DNA of 63,396 bases, filler included, from Reclinomonas americana ATCC 50394 (taxonomy: Eukaryota), in the NCBI GenBank assembly GCA_048213135.1. It is 15 parts of 15 records of this genome, joined end to end, with 100 filler letters (N's around TTAATTAATTAA, not from the genome) between each part and the next. Parts side by side here need not be neighbours in the genome. Positions count along the whole stretch, not along the records: positions 22,747 to 27,768 come from AFZH01017200.1; positions 27,869 to 30,661 come from AFZH01017204.1; positions 30,762 to 32,139 come from AFZH01017205.1; positions 32,240 to 37,750 come from AFZH01017206.1; 11 more parts are not named here. One strand, written 5' to 3'. Numbering within the stretch: position 1 is the stretch's first letter; every line of letters begins with the position of its first letter. A program made the translations under genes and the position numbers. This document shows, piece after piece, positions 24,301 through 36,300 of the stretch. The notes beneath the pieces were generated by a model that was given only the letters and a program-made list of their open reading frames with translations, was not told the DNA's origin and did not search any database.

Positions 24301-27300
24301 GTGCAGACGTCGTCGGTGGTGGCCAACCAGGCGGGGACAATCGTTGCGTGGTGAAGAGGGAAAAGGGTGAAGAGGGAAGGGGGAAAGAGGGAAGGGAAGG
24401 CGGGTGAAGAGGAAAGGGGAGAAAGAGGGAAGCGGGGTAAAGAGGAAAGCAAGGTGAAGAGGGAAGGGGGGTAAATAGGGAAGGGGGGAAAGAGGGAAGG
24501 ATGTAAAGAGGGAAGGCGGGTGAAGAGGGAAGGGGGTAAAGAGGGAAGGGGGGTAAAGAGGGAAGGGGGTAAAGAGGGAAGGGGGGTAAAGAGGGAATGG
24601 GAAAAGAGGGAAGGGAGGTGAAGAGGAAAGGGGGGAAGGAGGTAAAGAGGGAAGGAAGGTGCAGAGGGAAGAAGGTGAAGAGGGAAGGATGTAAAGAGGG
24701 AAGGTAGAGAGGGAAGGGGGTAAAGAGGGAATGTAGAAAAGTGGGAATAGGAGAGGGGAGTTAAGACAAGGAGAAGGGAGAGAGATAAAAGGTGTGTGGA
24801 AGGATGTGAGACGAGGAGAAGGGAGGTTAGGTGGGAAGGGGGAGGGAGGGAGGGAGGCGAGGAGAAGGGGGTTTGAAGGCATTTCGCGAGGAAGAGACAG
24901 AGGGTAGAAGTGTGTTGATGAGAAAGCAAGGGAGAGAGAAACAGACTGAAGAAAGTATGTTGAATTTGTGTGCATTACAAAAGAGGAAAGGCAGAAGGGA
25001 GAAAGGGAACATATTAGCTTTGGAAGTGTGTGGATGGGAACGCGTTGGGGAGAGTAACAAATAGAAGTGTGTCTGTGGAGAATTTGTGGCGCAAGAGAGG
25101 ACCGTCAGGGGATGAATAGGTTGTGGTAATGTGTAGATGTGGGGATTGAAACGATTAAAGGAGAACGAGGGAAAGGAGACGGATTGGTTGTGGCTGTGAG
25201 TGCGTGGATGGGGATGTGAAGGAGAGAGAAACAGAGAGAAGTGTGTCGACGTCGGTGGAGATTGAATAACAAGAAAGAATCGTCAGAGGGGAGATGGAAC
25301 GGATGGGTCGTGCTCGAAAATGCGTTCATGGATGCAAGGGAGAGAGAACCAAAGAGAAGTGAGTTCGAGGAGATTGCGTGTGGCATGCGAAGAAATGCAG
25401 AGGGGGGAGGGAAAGGATTCGTCGTCCTAGATAATATGTGGATGGATACAAGGGAGAGGAGAATAATGTCTGTAGAAATGTGTGTGTGTGACAGAGAATC
25501 GTCCGATGGGGAAGAAAATGATACGTTGTTAAAGTCTGTGTGGATGGATGCAAAGGAAAGGAGAAGACTGTCTGTGGAAGTATATGCGTGTGACAACAGA
25601 GAATCGACAGAGGAGGGATGGAGCGGATTGGTTGCGGTTGAGGGTGTACACATGGGAATGCATTGGAGAGAGAAACAAAGAGGAGAATGTCTGCGGAGGC
25701 TGCTTGTGTGTGTGGTAAGAGAGTATCGTCAGAGGTGGGAAGAGAAATGATACCTTCCTATGGTAGTGTGGATGAGAATGCATTGTAGAGATAGTAACAA
25801 TGAGAAGTGTGGCGTGGAGGCAGTGCGTGTGGTAAGAGAGGATCGTCAGAGGTGGGAAGGGAATGGATACTTTGTGGCAGTGTGGATGAGAATGCATTGG
25901 CGAGATAGTAACAGTAAGAAGTGTGCCGTGGAGGCTGTGTGTGTGGCAAGTCAGAGGGGGAAAGGGATAGAATAGGTTGTGGTAGCGTGTGGATTGGATG
26001 CCATCGAGAGGGTTACAAAGCGAGCGCTGTCAATGGAGGTTGATTCTGTATGCGAGAGAGAGGTTGGAGGGAGAAGAGAGGAAGGACAGTTTGTCAATAT
26101 TTGTGGTATTGTGTGACGACGGTAAGAAGGAGAGAGTGAGATGGGCGGAGCGAATCAGTGGAGATTGTTCTTGTCCTACGAGAGTGAGAGACCGATTGGG
26201 GGGAGGAAAAGATTAGTTGTTTCCCTGTGTGATGTGAATGCACCACATGAGGGGACGGGTTGTGGGTAACAGGAGTGGAAGACTTGAGGAGGGGAATGGC
26301 TGAGATTTTTGGGAGTGTGTGCTTGGGGATTCAATAGATGAGTGGCATAGTGGATTGAAGGTCAACTGTGCGTGCGAGTAGAGGAGGTGGGGGACAGAAG
26401 GGAAATGTTGAGGTGCTGTTGATGAGAGAAACACCTACAAGTCAGAGAGTTTATGTGTGAAATAGACAGGAGTGACAGAGGAGCGGGTTGGATAGCATGG
26501 CAATCTTAATCGCATGGTGTCCACGGCTTGCATGCTGACGTTTGCTTTCTGGTTGTGCGACAGATGAACACTGGCACTGGCACTCGCTCCGTGGAGATTA
26601 CACACCGCTTTGTGCAATCGTTCCCGGCGATTCCCACTGTGCTCTTTGGCATCTCCGCTCTCTCCAATACGATTGAGGGCGACACTGACATTCGCTGCGC
26701 GCGGCCGTCGGTCACCAAGTTTATGCTGACGGTGCAGTGCTCGGCACTCGGCACTGCGCAGTTCGACTCGCTCATTACCAGTTTCGTGAGAGAGGTTTAG
26801 TTCTCATGCACACTTGCATGAAACTCACGACCTGCGTGGCAGATTTCATCGCCATGTACGCGGACCCTGCCGCGACGTACACACACGACAACGAGTTGCC
26901 GCGTCAGAAAGCCGCCAATGAGTGGCTGAGCCTGGCCACCGACAAGAATTTCACCACGGTATGTTGATTCAAGCAGACCTGTGCATGGTCCCTGGACTCA
27001 TTCATCGCGACCACGCGGCTGTGTGAGCAGGAAGTGGTGAATGCCCATGCGTTCGGATTCCAGACAATCCCCTCGATTGCGCTGGCGCTGACGGGTGTGC
27101 GGTCCATTCGACTCGATTCGAGTGGCACGGCACGCAGCGACAACTTTGAGGTGGCCGTCGGTGAGGCGGCCGCTGCCACCTCGCAGGTGTTGATGACGGT
27201 GCGCGGCGATAGTCGCGTGCAGGCGTTGGAGCTGCGCTCCATGCTGGTGGGATCGTGGGTGGTGCCGCATGACAATTCCAGTGGCTACGTGATGGTTTCG

Positions 27301-27600
27301 GGCGGTGAGTTTGTCTGCGAAGATTTGCCGGCAGTTGTGCACGATTGCTGACATGGATCACCGACATGTTGCACAGAGAGCACGCTGCTGGGAAACGCGC
27401 CGGTGGTGGTCACCCTCATCAGCCGTCAGTCAACCCGCGGGTTGAAACAGACTGATTTCCACACCGTCGCATTCTTGCGCGGATGGAAGACGACCGGTAC
27501 TGGTGCATCGCAGGTCAATCCGTCGATTTTGCCGACAGATGTTGTTCCGTCACAAGGCAGCGCGTCGAGTGGAGCGTACGGGCAGATGACGGTGACGGCG
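18321..27600 (+). CDS. Large multi-exon surface/secreted-type protein: at least 8 Ig/IPT-like repeats followed by tandem H-type-lectin-like domains (5' truncated, possibly a pseudogene)
   Basis: Repeated exon pairs (F/Y)xPxSIxxETxG..VTVTGHGL..D.V.LV.G..C....G.Y.VW + a short exon, starting at about 18580, 19176, 19738, 20258, 20738, 21211, 21845 and 22308. Later exons at about 22746-22991, 23796-24002, 24101-24350 and 26563-27600 align with the minus-strand genes at 27869-39043. Confidence 0.7.
23220..23660. repeat. Intronic minisatellite, about 4 units of ~105-118 bp
   Basis: gcaggtgagccac recurs at about 23226, 23344, 23449 and 23554, each followed by gagaggcaagag(g)gctgaggag. Confidence 0.85.
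24352..24760. repeat. G-rich intronic satellite (AAAGAGGGAAGGGGGGT-like)n
   Basis: About 17-bp purine-rich unit repeated many times. Confidence 0.85.
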
Positions 27601-27868
27601 AGTAGTGGGGCGAGAAAGGAGAAGGGAGGGGTTTGTGAAAAAGGGAAAGTAGGTGGTGAATACACAGGAATGGAATGAGAACAGAGAGCGTATGGGGCAA
27701 GTGGGGGTGGAGGGAAGGGAGGGCAAGGAGGAAGGGAGGGAGGGAGGGAGGGCAAGGGAGAGTGGGGGNNNNNNNNNNNNNNNNNNNNNNNNNNNNNNNN
27801 NNNNNNNNNNNNTTAATTAATTAANNNNNNNNNNNNNNNNNNNNNNNNNNNNNNNNNNNNNNNNNNNN

Positions 27869-30800
27869 GCTGCTGGAGGCCACTGAAATCCAGTTGCGAT
27901 CGGACTCGCGAGGCGTCCACGTGGCGCCAGAGTCCGTAGAGGTGTAAATCTTGTCTCCCTGAGCAACTGCGACGAGATTGCTGCCGTCACTGCTGGAGGC
28001 CACCGAAATCCAGCCGCGACTGGACTCGCGAGCCGTCCAAGTCACGCCAGAGTCAGTAGAGGTGTAGATTTGCCCACCAATTTCAACAGCCACAAGCTTG
28101 GTGCCGTCACTGTTGGAAGTCACCCCACTCCAATTGCGACTGGACTCACGTGCTGTCCACGTCACGCCAGAGTCAGTGGAGGTGTACATCTGACCACTGT
28201 TACCCTCTATAGCCACCAGTTTGGTGCCGTCACTGCTGGAGGCCAATGATGCCCAGCTGCCAATGGATCCAAAGGAAACAACAGGATCACCAGAGAAAGT
28301 TGAGCACGCGGGCCCTGTTCGCGGGAACAAGTCAGCATTGAGCAGCAGCGAATTCACGGTCGACAGCTATCACATCACTCACCACTCCAAGGACTTGCGC
28401 AAGTGCACGTTCCATCGGTGTTGCACATTCCATGACCAGAGCACGTGACGCTCGGGCTGCACGCTGGCACACACAAACCAGAATCGCAGCTACCAGAGCA
28501 GCAGTCGCCGCCATTCAAGCATACAGCACCGTTCGCCGAGCATCCACATTGCGCCGAGCCGTAAGCCTCAAAGCACTCGCGACTCTCGGCACACTCAGCA
28601 ACAATCTGAGTGGTGCCGTAGGCACAGCTCAGCACCGCACGTCGGTTCAGTGAGCACGTCGTGGTACCGTCGGCCAGCGTGCACACGCCGCAGTTGGAGC
28701 CGCTGTAGCCGACAGGGCACGAGATCGGCGCGCCTTGCGCCGCACGACCAATCGCCACCCACGTCACATACTCAATGTCGGACGCGTCCGCCCCGCTGGC
28801 ACCGTACGAGATCGCCGTCACATAGTCCTCATTGCCGAGGCGCTTGGTGGTGAACTGTAGCGACTGCTGATCGATGCGGTTCTGCACAATCACTGCCGAC
28901 GACTTCCACCCACGGAGGAATAGCTGCACACTGATGGTGGCGCGCAGCAGGCCATTCGGTGTCGACGCCGTCACCAGACTGGCGGTCTGCGTCGTCGCTG
29001 CGCTGGTGTGCGTCGTCTCTGCGCCACACGCAAGGGGTCAGGCACAGAGACAACCTGATGTCACTCCAACCAACGGGGAGGATGAGAACGCACCACCCGA
29101 CAGCATGACAAATCCGCTGTTATTGGTGCTGTCGGCGCGTGTCGGTGCCACAGCAAAGCGCACAGATACCGCCTCGATGCGCGAGTCGCCGTTCACCGTG
29201 CCCTTGATGACGAAACTCGAGCGCGAGGCTGAGTTGCTTGTCACCGAAAAGTCGTCGCCGCGAATGCGTCCATCATTGCCGGCAACCGACTGGCGCATCG
29301 ACATTACACCGATCACGGCCACGGGAACGGCAGGCACCGACGCAAACTGGTACGCGGATGACACACTGACCAGCTGTGCATGATACGGAGTAAGCTGGAT
29401 GAGCAGGCGCGAGAGAGACGACAGTACACAAAAATCACGCAACAGTTGAGCTGTTCTTGTTTACCGCATCCAACGCCCACGCCTTGCTTGTCAGCGTGCG
29501 CTGACCATCCATCGACAGAGCATTCGTCTGATGCACATAGTACGCCAGGTAGCCTGCACATGCAGAAAAGCGGAGGGAAGATGATGAGCCACATACATCA
29601 ATGCCGTGTCCTTCATCGTAGTGAACGCAACTCAGCGTGATGGTGGGTCCCAGCTGGCCGTCACTTGACACGCCATGGCATCGAGTCGACAGTTGCGCCG
29701 CAGTCACCACCGGCTCCGCGCAGAATGCGAAAGTGCCGTCAGTCGGCTCGTTGGCAAGAGTGGAAATTGGGCCAGTGGCGCCCTGACGACCGACACTGGC
29801 AAAGCCGAGCAACACGCGCGGGCGGCGGTAGAACTCGCGAGCAAACGTGAACTGGATCGTGGTTGCCGTCACTGCCAGTGTTGACATGTTCGGCTTCGGG
29901 GTGGCAGGGCTGCTGTCGATGTCGTCAGTGGTCGATAGCGTTGATGTGGGCGCCGCGCTGCTGCTCGCACTGAGACCACCGGCCGTCATGAATCCGGCAG
30001 TGAACGACTCCCCCGACGACACGTACGGTCCGTTGTTGGCCGCCACACACAACTTGTAGGCACCGCCGCCACTCGATCCATTTGGCGTGATGGTCGCACG
30101 GAACACGCGGCAGCCAGTCGCAAACTCACACGTGTCGGCACCGGTACGCACAAACGACGCGCCAACACTCCCCGTCAGCGTCGAGTAGTCCGACAGAGTG
30201 GAGCAATCGACGCCGACCGGCACCAGCTTGAAGCTCGTGCAGTCGGTGAGGTTCTCAGTGGTGGAACCAATCACAATCGAGTTGGCGATGCCGTACTTGA
30301 GCACGGGCGGATTGGCAAAGGAAACCACAGGCGTCGACGAGGCGGCAGTCACAATGAGCGGGAGGGGTTGCAGGCGGTACACGGTGGTGCCGCCGGCCTG
30401 GAATCTGATGGTAGAAGAGGGCAAAAGTGAATGAGAGAGGGAGAGGGAGGGATAGGGAGGGATAGGGACGGAGAGGGAAAGGAGGAGAGGAAGGAGAGAA
30501 GGAATCGGAATAAAGCAAAAAGGGAGGAAGAAGTCGGGCGAGGAGGAGAAGGAGAGTGGAGTGAGCGTGTGATTACGTTAAGAGACACGAAATGGAGTGT
30601 CCGAGAGGGAGAGAGAAAGAACAACAACAGCAGGAACATCAGGAGTGCAGAGGGGGGAGCCNNNNNNNNNNNNNNNNNNNNNNNNNNNNNNNNNNNNNNN
30701 NNNNNTTAATTAATTAANNNNNNNNNNNNNNNNNNNNNNNNNNNNNNNNNNNNNNNNNNNNGTTGGAGGCGGCGGACCTCACATGATTACAAATTACTGA

Positions 30801-32070
30801 GTGTTTCCCTTTCTCTCCCGCACATCAACGCAACTTGCCACACAGATAGTACACGCCCGGTGTCACCAGCGAGCATGAGCCGGCGGCCGTCACACCCAGC
30901 GCACCCTGCGCGAACAATGCACCAGTGGCCATCGAGAACACAGTGTAGAGACCAGCCGGATCGCTGGATTGCAGAGTGATGCTCGAGTTTGGTGCCGTCG
31001 ACCCGCTGCAGTCGGCGGCCGAGTACAGGCCGAACGACCCGCCAGCCCCCAGCTCACGATTGGCAAAGTGCTGGCCAGCCACCGTCAGCCGAAAGTCGGC
31101 GAGACCATTGACCAGCTGCGGCGACTTGTTTTGCGAGCCAAGGGTGTCTGCGTGTGAGAAGGGAAGGGAAGGAGAGGATGGAGTCAGTCGGAGGACGCAC
31201 ATATCATGATGAGAGTGATGGAGACGCAACAAACAAACACAGTGGCGACAAACTCGTTGCGCGCGGCCGCGCCCGCACCGTCCACGTCGATGCACAGGTA
31301 CCGCTCACCACCATTGGCATCACCCGACGCATTAAAAGTGAGCGAGGCAGCAGAGATGGTGCTGGAGTTAACTACGGAGGTCGGCGACACGCCAGTGCAC
31401 GCGCGGTCGAGGAAGAGAGTGGCAGTAGAGGCAGGCGACCAGGCAATGGCCGAGCCAGCGACACTGATGTCGACGATCTGGCCAGCGGTGCCGGTTCTGA
31501 TGGCGATGTTGCTCGGGGAGATGACGACTGCAACAACGAAGGAGAGAGGGAGAACAACAAATGGAGTTTGCGCGCGAAAAGAAAGAAATATGCGTGCATC
31601 CAACGGATAACTTTCGCGCGCAACGAACACGGAGATAAAATCAAGGCAGACAGTGTGGCAAGGAATGACACAGAGAAGGGAAGGAGGAGAGTGCCGCAAA
31701 GAGGCAGACATACTGAAGTTTTCTGCGCGCGCGCACAGTGCAGCGGTATCACATGTGTTCGTTGGAGAATGTACGCATGTAGGAGACCACACAGAATCAC
31801 AAACACACAAGTGGTCGAGCATGCCGCGCGCGCGTATGTGTGTGTGTGCATGTGCGTGTGATTGCGGCGCGAGCGAACCGTTGAAGACTCTCTATCAGAG
31901 TGTGCGCGCGCGAAACAGTAAAGTTTTCGAGTGCAGAAGTGTGTGTAGCGTGTGCGCGAGTACACACACTCACCTGCGGCTGCTGCACTGTTGCACAGCA
32001 CAGCCAGCGACAAGAGTGCGAAGAGGCACAGCCGCGTTGCGGTGGAGGGGAGGAGAGTGGGACGCGACAT
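27869..32070 (-). CDS. Secreted multidomain protein, copy A: signal peptide - Ig-like - H-lectin-like x3 - EGF-like - Asp-box/BNR propeller (3' end runs into a gap)
   Basis: MSRPTLLPSTATRLCLFALLSLAVLCNSAAAA signal peptide; Cys-rich CSGHGMCNTDGTCTCASPWSG EGF-like unit; YTSTDSGVTW Asp-box repeats; near-identical to copy B. Confidence 0.8.
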
Positions 32071-32239
32071 GTTGCCTTCCAGTCTCTGCGCAAGCACGAA
32101 AAATGGCGGACGCGGCGCAACGAAGAGCAAGGTGTGTGANNNNNNNNNNNNNNNNNNNNNNNNNNNNNNNNNNNNNNNNNNNNTTAATTAATTAANNNNN
32201 NNNNNNNNNNNNNNNNNNNNNNNNNNNNNNNNNNNNNNN

Positions 32240-32650
32240 CCAAACAAGGACAAGTGAAAGTTGCATGACAGACAGAGAGGGTGGAGAAGCAAACGAGAGC
32301 ACAGTTATGTAGTGTGCTGCAGTTGAGACTGAGCGCACGAAGACAGATGGAAGAAGGTGGCAGCAGTGCAGCGACGCTGGAGAAAGGAGAGTGACAACAA
32401 AACAGAACGACGCGCCAGAGAGATGCAACTGAGTCTGCCCAAACACAGGTGTGAAAGACGATGGCAGTCACGCAGAGAGGGAAGAGAAGCAAAGGAGAGC
32501 ACAGATGGGCACCAGAGTGTTGCGGTAGAGACACGACACACAAAGACAGATGGAAGAGGGTGACCTCAGTGCAGAGAGGCTGGAGAAGAGAAGGAGAGCA
32601 CGGACGTGTTCCAGAGAGATGCAGCTGAGACTGAGCAATCAAAGACAAGT
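32240..32650. repeat. Degenerate ~100-bp intronic minisatellite (also at 39390-39960)
   Basis: A gagatgcag(c/t)tgagactga core recurs several times in both duplicate copies. Confidence 0.7.
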
Positions 32651-32711
32651 GACGGAGGCAAAGAAGGCTCTGGGTATGCGTTCTTCCCCCTTCTCGAGCA
32701 CACATACAGAC

Positions 32712-33015
32712 CGCGCTGTCCCCATGACACATCCGCAAACGTAGGACCCTGCATCAGTGCCAATCAATCAATGCACACACACACACACACACACACACAC
32801 CAGCTCCTTCAACGTGCGCATGCTGTCATAGAGCTGACGAGTGTCCTCGTCGGTCTTTGGGCGGAAAGAACCTGAGCGAAACACAGAGAATGAGCTCACA
32901 CGAGACAAGTGAATGAGACAAGTGAGTGAGAAGGAAGCAACTCAAAGCCGAAGAATGGTCGATCGGCCTCTGGATCCTCCATGGCCAGTGCGCGGAGCCG
33001 ATCAATGATCCTCAT
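32712..33015 (-). CDS. Methylenetetrahydrofolate reductase-like, 5' exons, copy A (partial)
   Basis: Spliced MRIIDRL...DRPFFGFE|FFPPKTDEDTRQLYDSMRTLKEL|GPTFADVSWGQRG resembles the MTHFR N-terminus (FSFEFFPPKT...P.F.DVTWGAGG). Confidence 0.7.
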
Positions 33016-33396
33016 GGTGAGAGAAGAGGAAGGAAGACCTCGCTCACTGCACCACTGCTGCAAAAAGATTCGATTCTTTTCCCGCGTGCGTTCTTTACAG
33101 TTAGTCTGACGTGCTGCATGCTCTCCTGCCCCTTCCCCGCGCAAATGACAAAGTGGAGGGTAAACAGCAACCATATCGCTGATTGTGGACCAACCCAACT
33201 GAGAACTGACAAGCCACATCCTGTTCACTAGTACTACAAAACCCCGCAGGTCGCGGAAAGGAACTGATGAAGGGCGCATGGGCACGAACAACAAGGCAAG
33301 AAAAATGAGAAGAGAGTGGAAGCTAACGAAGAGCGGGGAGTCGTTCTCCCGCGACCACATCGTTCGAAACAACATGAGCGTGCAGGAAAAAAATGG

Positions 33397-36300
33397 TCAA
33401 CACGGGAAAATGTACACCTGATCCGCACCGGCCACAATCTGGGTGCCGTCACTGCTGGAAGCCACTGACAGCCGGATGCGATTGGAATCACGAGCCGTCC
33501 ACGTTACACCAGAGTCAGTGGAGATGTACAGTTGACCATTGCTCACAACAGCCGCCAGCTTCGTGCCGTCACTGCTGGAGGCCACTGCAGTCCAGGCGCG
33601 ATTCGATTCACGAGCGTTCCATGTCACACCCGAGTCAGTGGAGGTGTAGATCTGATCAAAGCGTGTTGCAGCCACCAGCTTGGTACCGTCACTGCTGGAG
33701 GCCACTGCAGTCCAGTTGCGAGTGGAATCACGAGCAGTCCACGTCACACCCGAGTCAGTGGAGGTGTAGATTCGGCCAAATTGCACTGCAGCCACCAGCT
33801 TGGTGCCGTCACTGCTGGAGGCCACTGCAGTCCACTGGCGATTGGACTCACGAGCCGTCCATGTCACACCAGAGTCAGTGGAGGTGTAGATCTGACCACC
33901 GCTCACCACAGCCACCAACTTGCTGCCGTCATTGCTGGAGGCCACTCCACTCCAGTTGCGAAGGGAATCACGAGCCGTCCACGTTACGCCAGAGTCAGTG
34001 GAGGTGTAAATCGGACCAATGTTCACCAAAGCCACCAGCTTGGTGCCATCGCTGCTGGAAGCCACTGATTGCCAACCGCGACTGGAATCACGAGCCGTCC
34101 ACGTCACACCCGAGTCGGTGGAGGTGTACAACTGACCCCCTTGCACAGCTGCAACAAGCCTGGAGCCGTCACTGTTGGAGGCCACTGCCTGCCAGGGACT
34201 CATCCCATGTAGCCCTTCGGAAGTCACCCCAGTCCACGTCACGCCAGAGTCAGTGGAGGCATACATCTGCCCGGGGCGAGCCCCAGCCACCAACTTGGTG
34301 CCGTCACTGTTGGAGGTTACTGATAGCCAGTCACGAGTGGAATCACGAGACGTCCATGTAACCCCGGAGTCAGTGGAAGTGTAAATCTGACCACCAATCA
34401 CCACAGCCACCAGCTTGCTGCCGTCATTGTTGGAGGCGACTGACCACCAGGAGCGACTGGAATCACGACCTGTCCAGTTTGCACCAAAGTCGGTCGAAGT
34501 GTAAATCTGACCATTGCTACTGTCTACAGCCACCAGCTTGCTGCCGTCACTACTGGAGGCCACTGATTGCCAAAAGCGATTGGTCTCTCGAGCTGTCCAT
34601 GTTATGCCCGAGTCGGTAGACGTGTAGATTTGGCCATGACGCACAACAGCCACCAGTTTGGTGCCATCACTGCTGGAGGCCACTGACCACCAAATGCGAT
34701 CGGACTCACGAGCTGTCCACGTGGCGCCAGAGTCCGTGGAGGTGTAAATCTTGTCCGTCTGAGCAACCGCGACGAGATTACTGCCGTCACTGCCGGAGGC
34801 CACAGACCTCCAGGAGCGATTGGACTCGCGAGCCGTCCACGTCACGCCAGAGTCAGTAGAGGTGTAGATTTGACCATCAAACACCACAGCCACCAATTTG
34901 GTGCCGTCACTGCTGGATGCCACCCCACTCCAGCTGCGACTGGACTCGCGCGCTGTCCACGTCGCACCGCTATCAGTGGAGGTGTAGATCCGACCACTGT
35001 TACTCTCTATAGCCACCAATTTGGTGCCATCACTGCTGGAGGCCAACGACGCCCAGCTGCCAATGTATCCAAGGGAAACAATAGGGCTAGCAGAGCAGAT
35101 TGAGCACGCGGGCCCTGTTCGCGGGAACAAGTCAGCATTGAACATTAGCGCATTCACGGTCGACAGCAGTCGCATTACTCACCACTCCAAGGACTTGCGC
35201 AAGTGCACGTTCCATCGGTGTTGCACGTTCCATGACCAGAGCACGTCGTAGTCGGACTGCACGCTGGCACACACAGACCAGAATCACAGCTACCAGAGCA
35301 GCAGTCGCCGCCATTCAAGCATACAGCACCGTTCGCCGAGCATCCACATTGCGCCGAGCCGTAAGCCTCAAAGCACTCGCGACTCTCGGCACACTCAGCA
35401 ACAATCTGAGTGGTGCCGTAGGCGCAGCTCAGCACCGCACGTCGGTTCAGTGAGCACGTCGTGGTACCGTCGGCCAGCGTGCACACGCCGCAGTTGGAGC
35501 CGCTGTAGCCGACAGGGCACGAGATCGGCGCGCCCTGCGCCGCACGACCAATCGCCACCCACGTCACGTACACAATGTCGGACGCGTCGGCCCCGCTGGC
35601 ACCGTACGAGATCGCCGTCACATAGTCCTCATTGCCGAGGCGCTTGGTGGTGAACTGTAGCGACTGCTGATCGATGCGGTTCTGCACTGTGATTGCAGAC
35701 GACTTCCACCCACGCAGGAACAGCTGCACACTGATGGTGGCGCGCAGCAGGCCATTCGGTGTCGACGCCGTCACCAGACTGGCGGTCTGCATCGTCACGG
35801 CGCTGGTGTGCGTCGTCTCTGCGCCACACGCAAGGGGTCAGGCACAGAGACAACCTGATGTCACTCCAACCAAAGGGGAGGATGAGAACGCACCACCCGA
35901 CAGCATGACAAATCCGCTGTTATTGGTGCTGTCGGCGCGTGTCGGTGCCACAGCAAAGCGCGCAGATACCGCCTCGATGCGCGAGTCGCCATTCACCGTG
36001 CCCTTGAGGACGAAACTCGAGCGCGAGGCTGAGCTGCTTGTCACCGAAAAGTCGTCGCCGCGAATGCGTCCATCATTGCCGGCAACCGACTGGCGCATCG
36101 ACATGACACCGATCACGGCCACGGGAACGGCAGGCACCGACGCAAACTGGTACGCGGATGACACGCTCACCAACTGTGCATGACACGAAGTAAGCTGGAT
36201 GAGCAGGCGCGAGAGAGACGACAGTACACAAAAATCACGCAACAGTTGAGCTGTTCTTGTTTACCGCATCCGACGTCCACGCTGCGCTTGTCAGCGTGCG

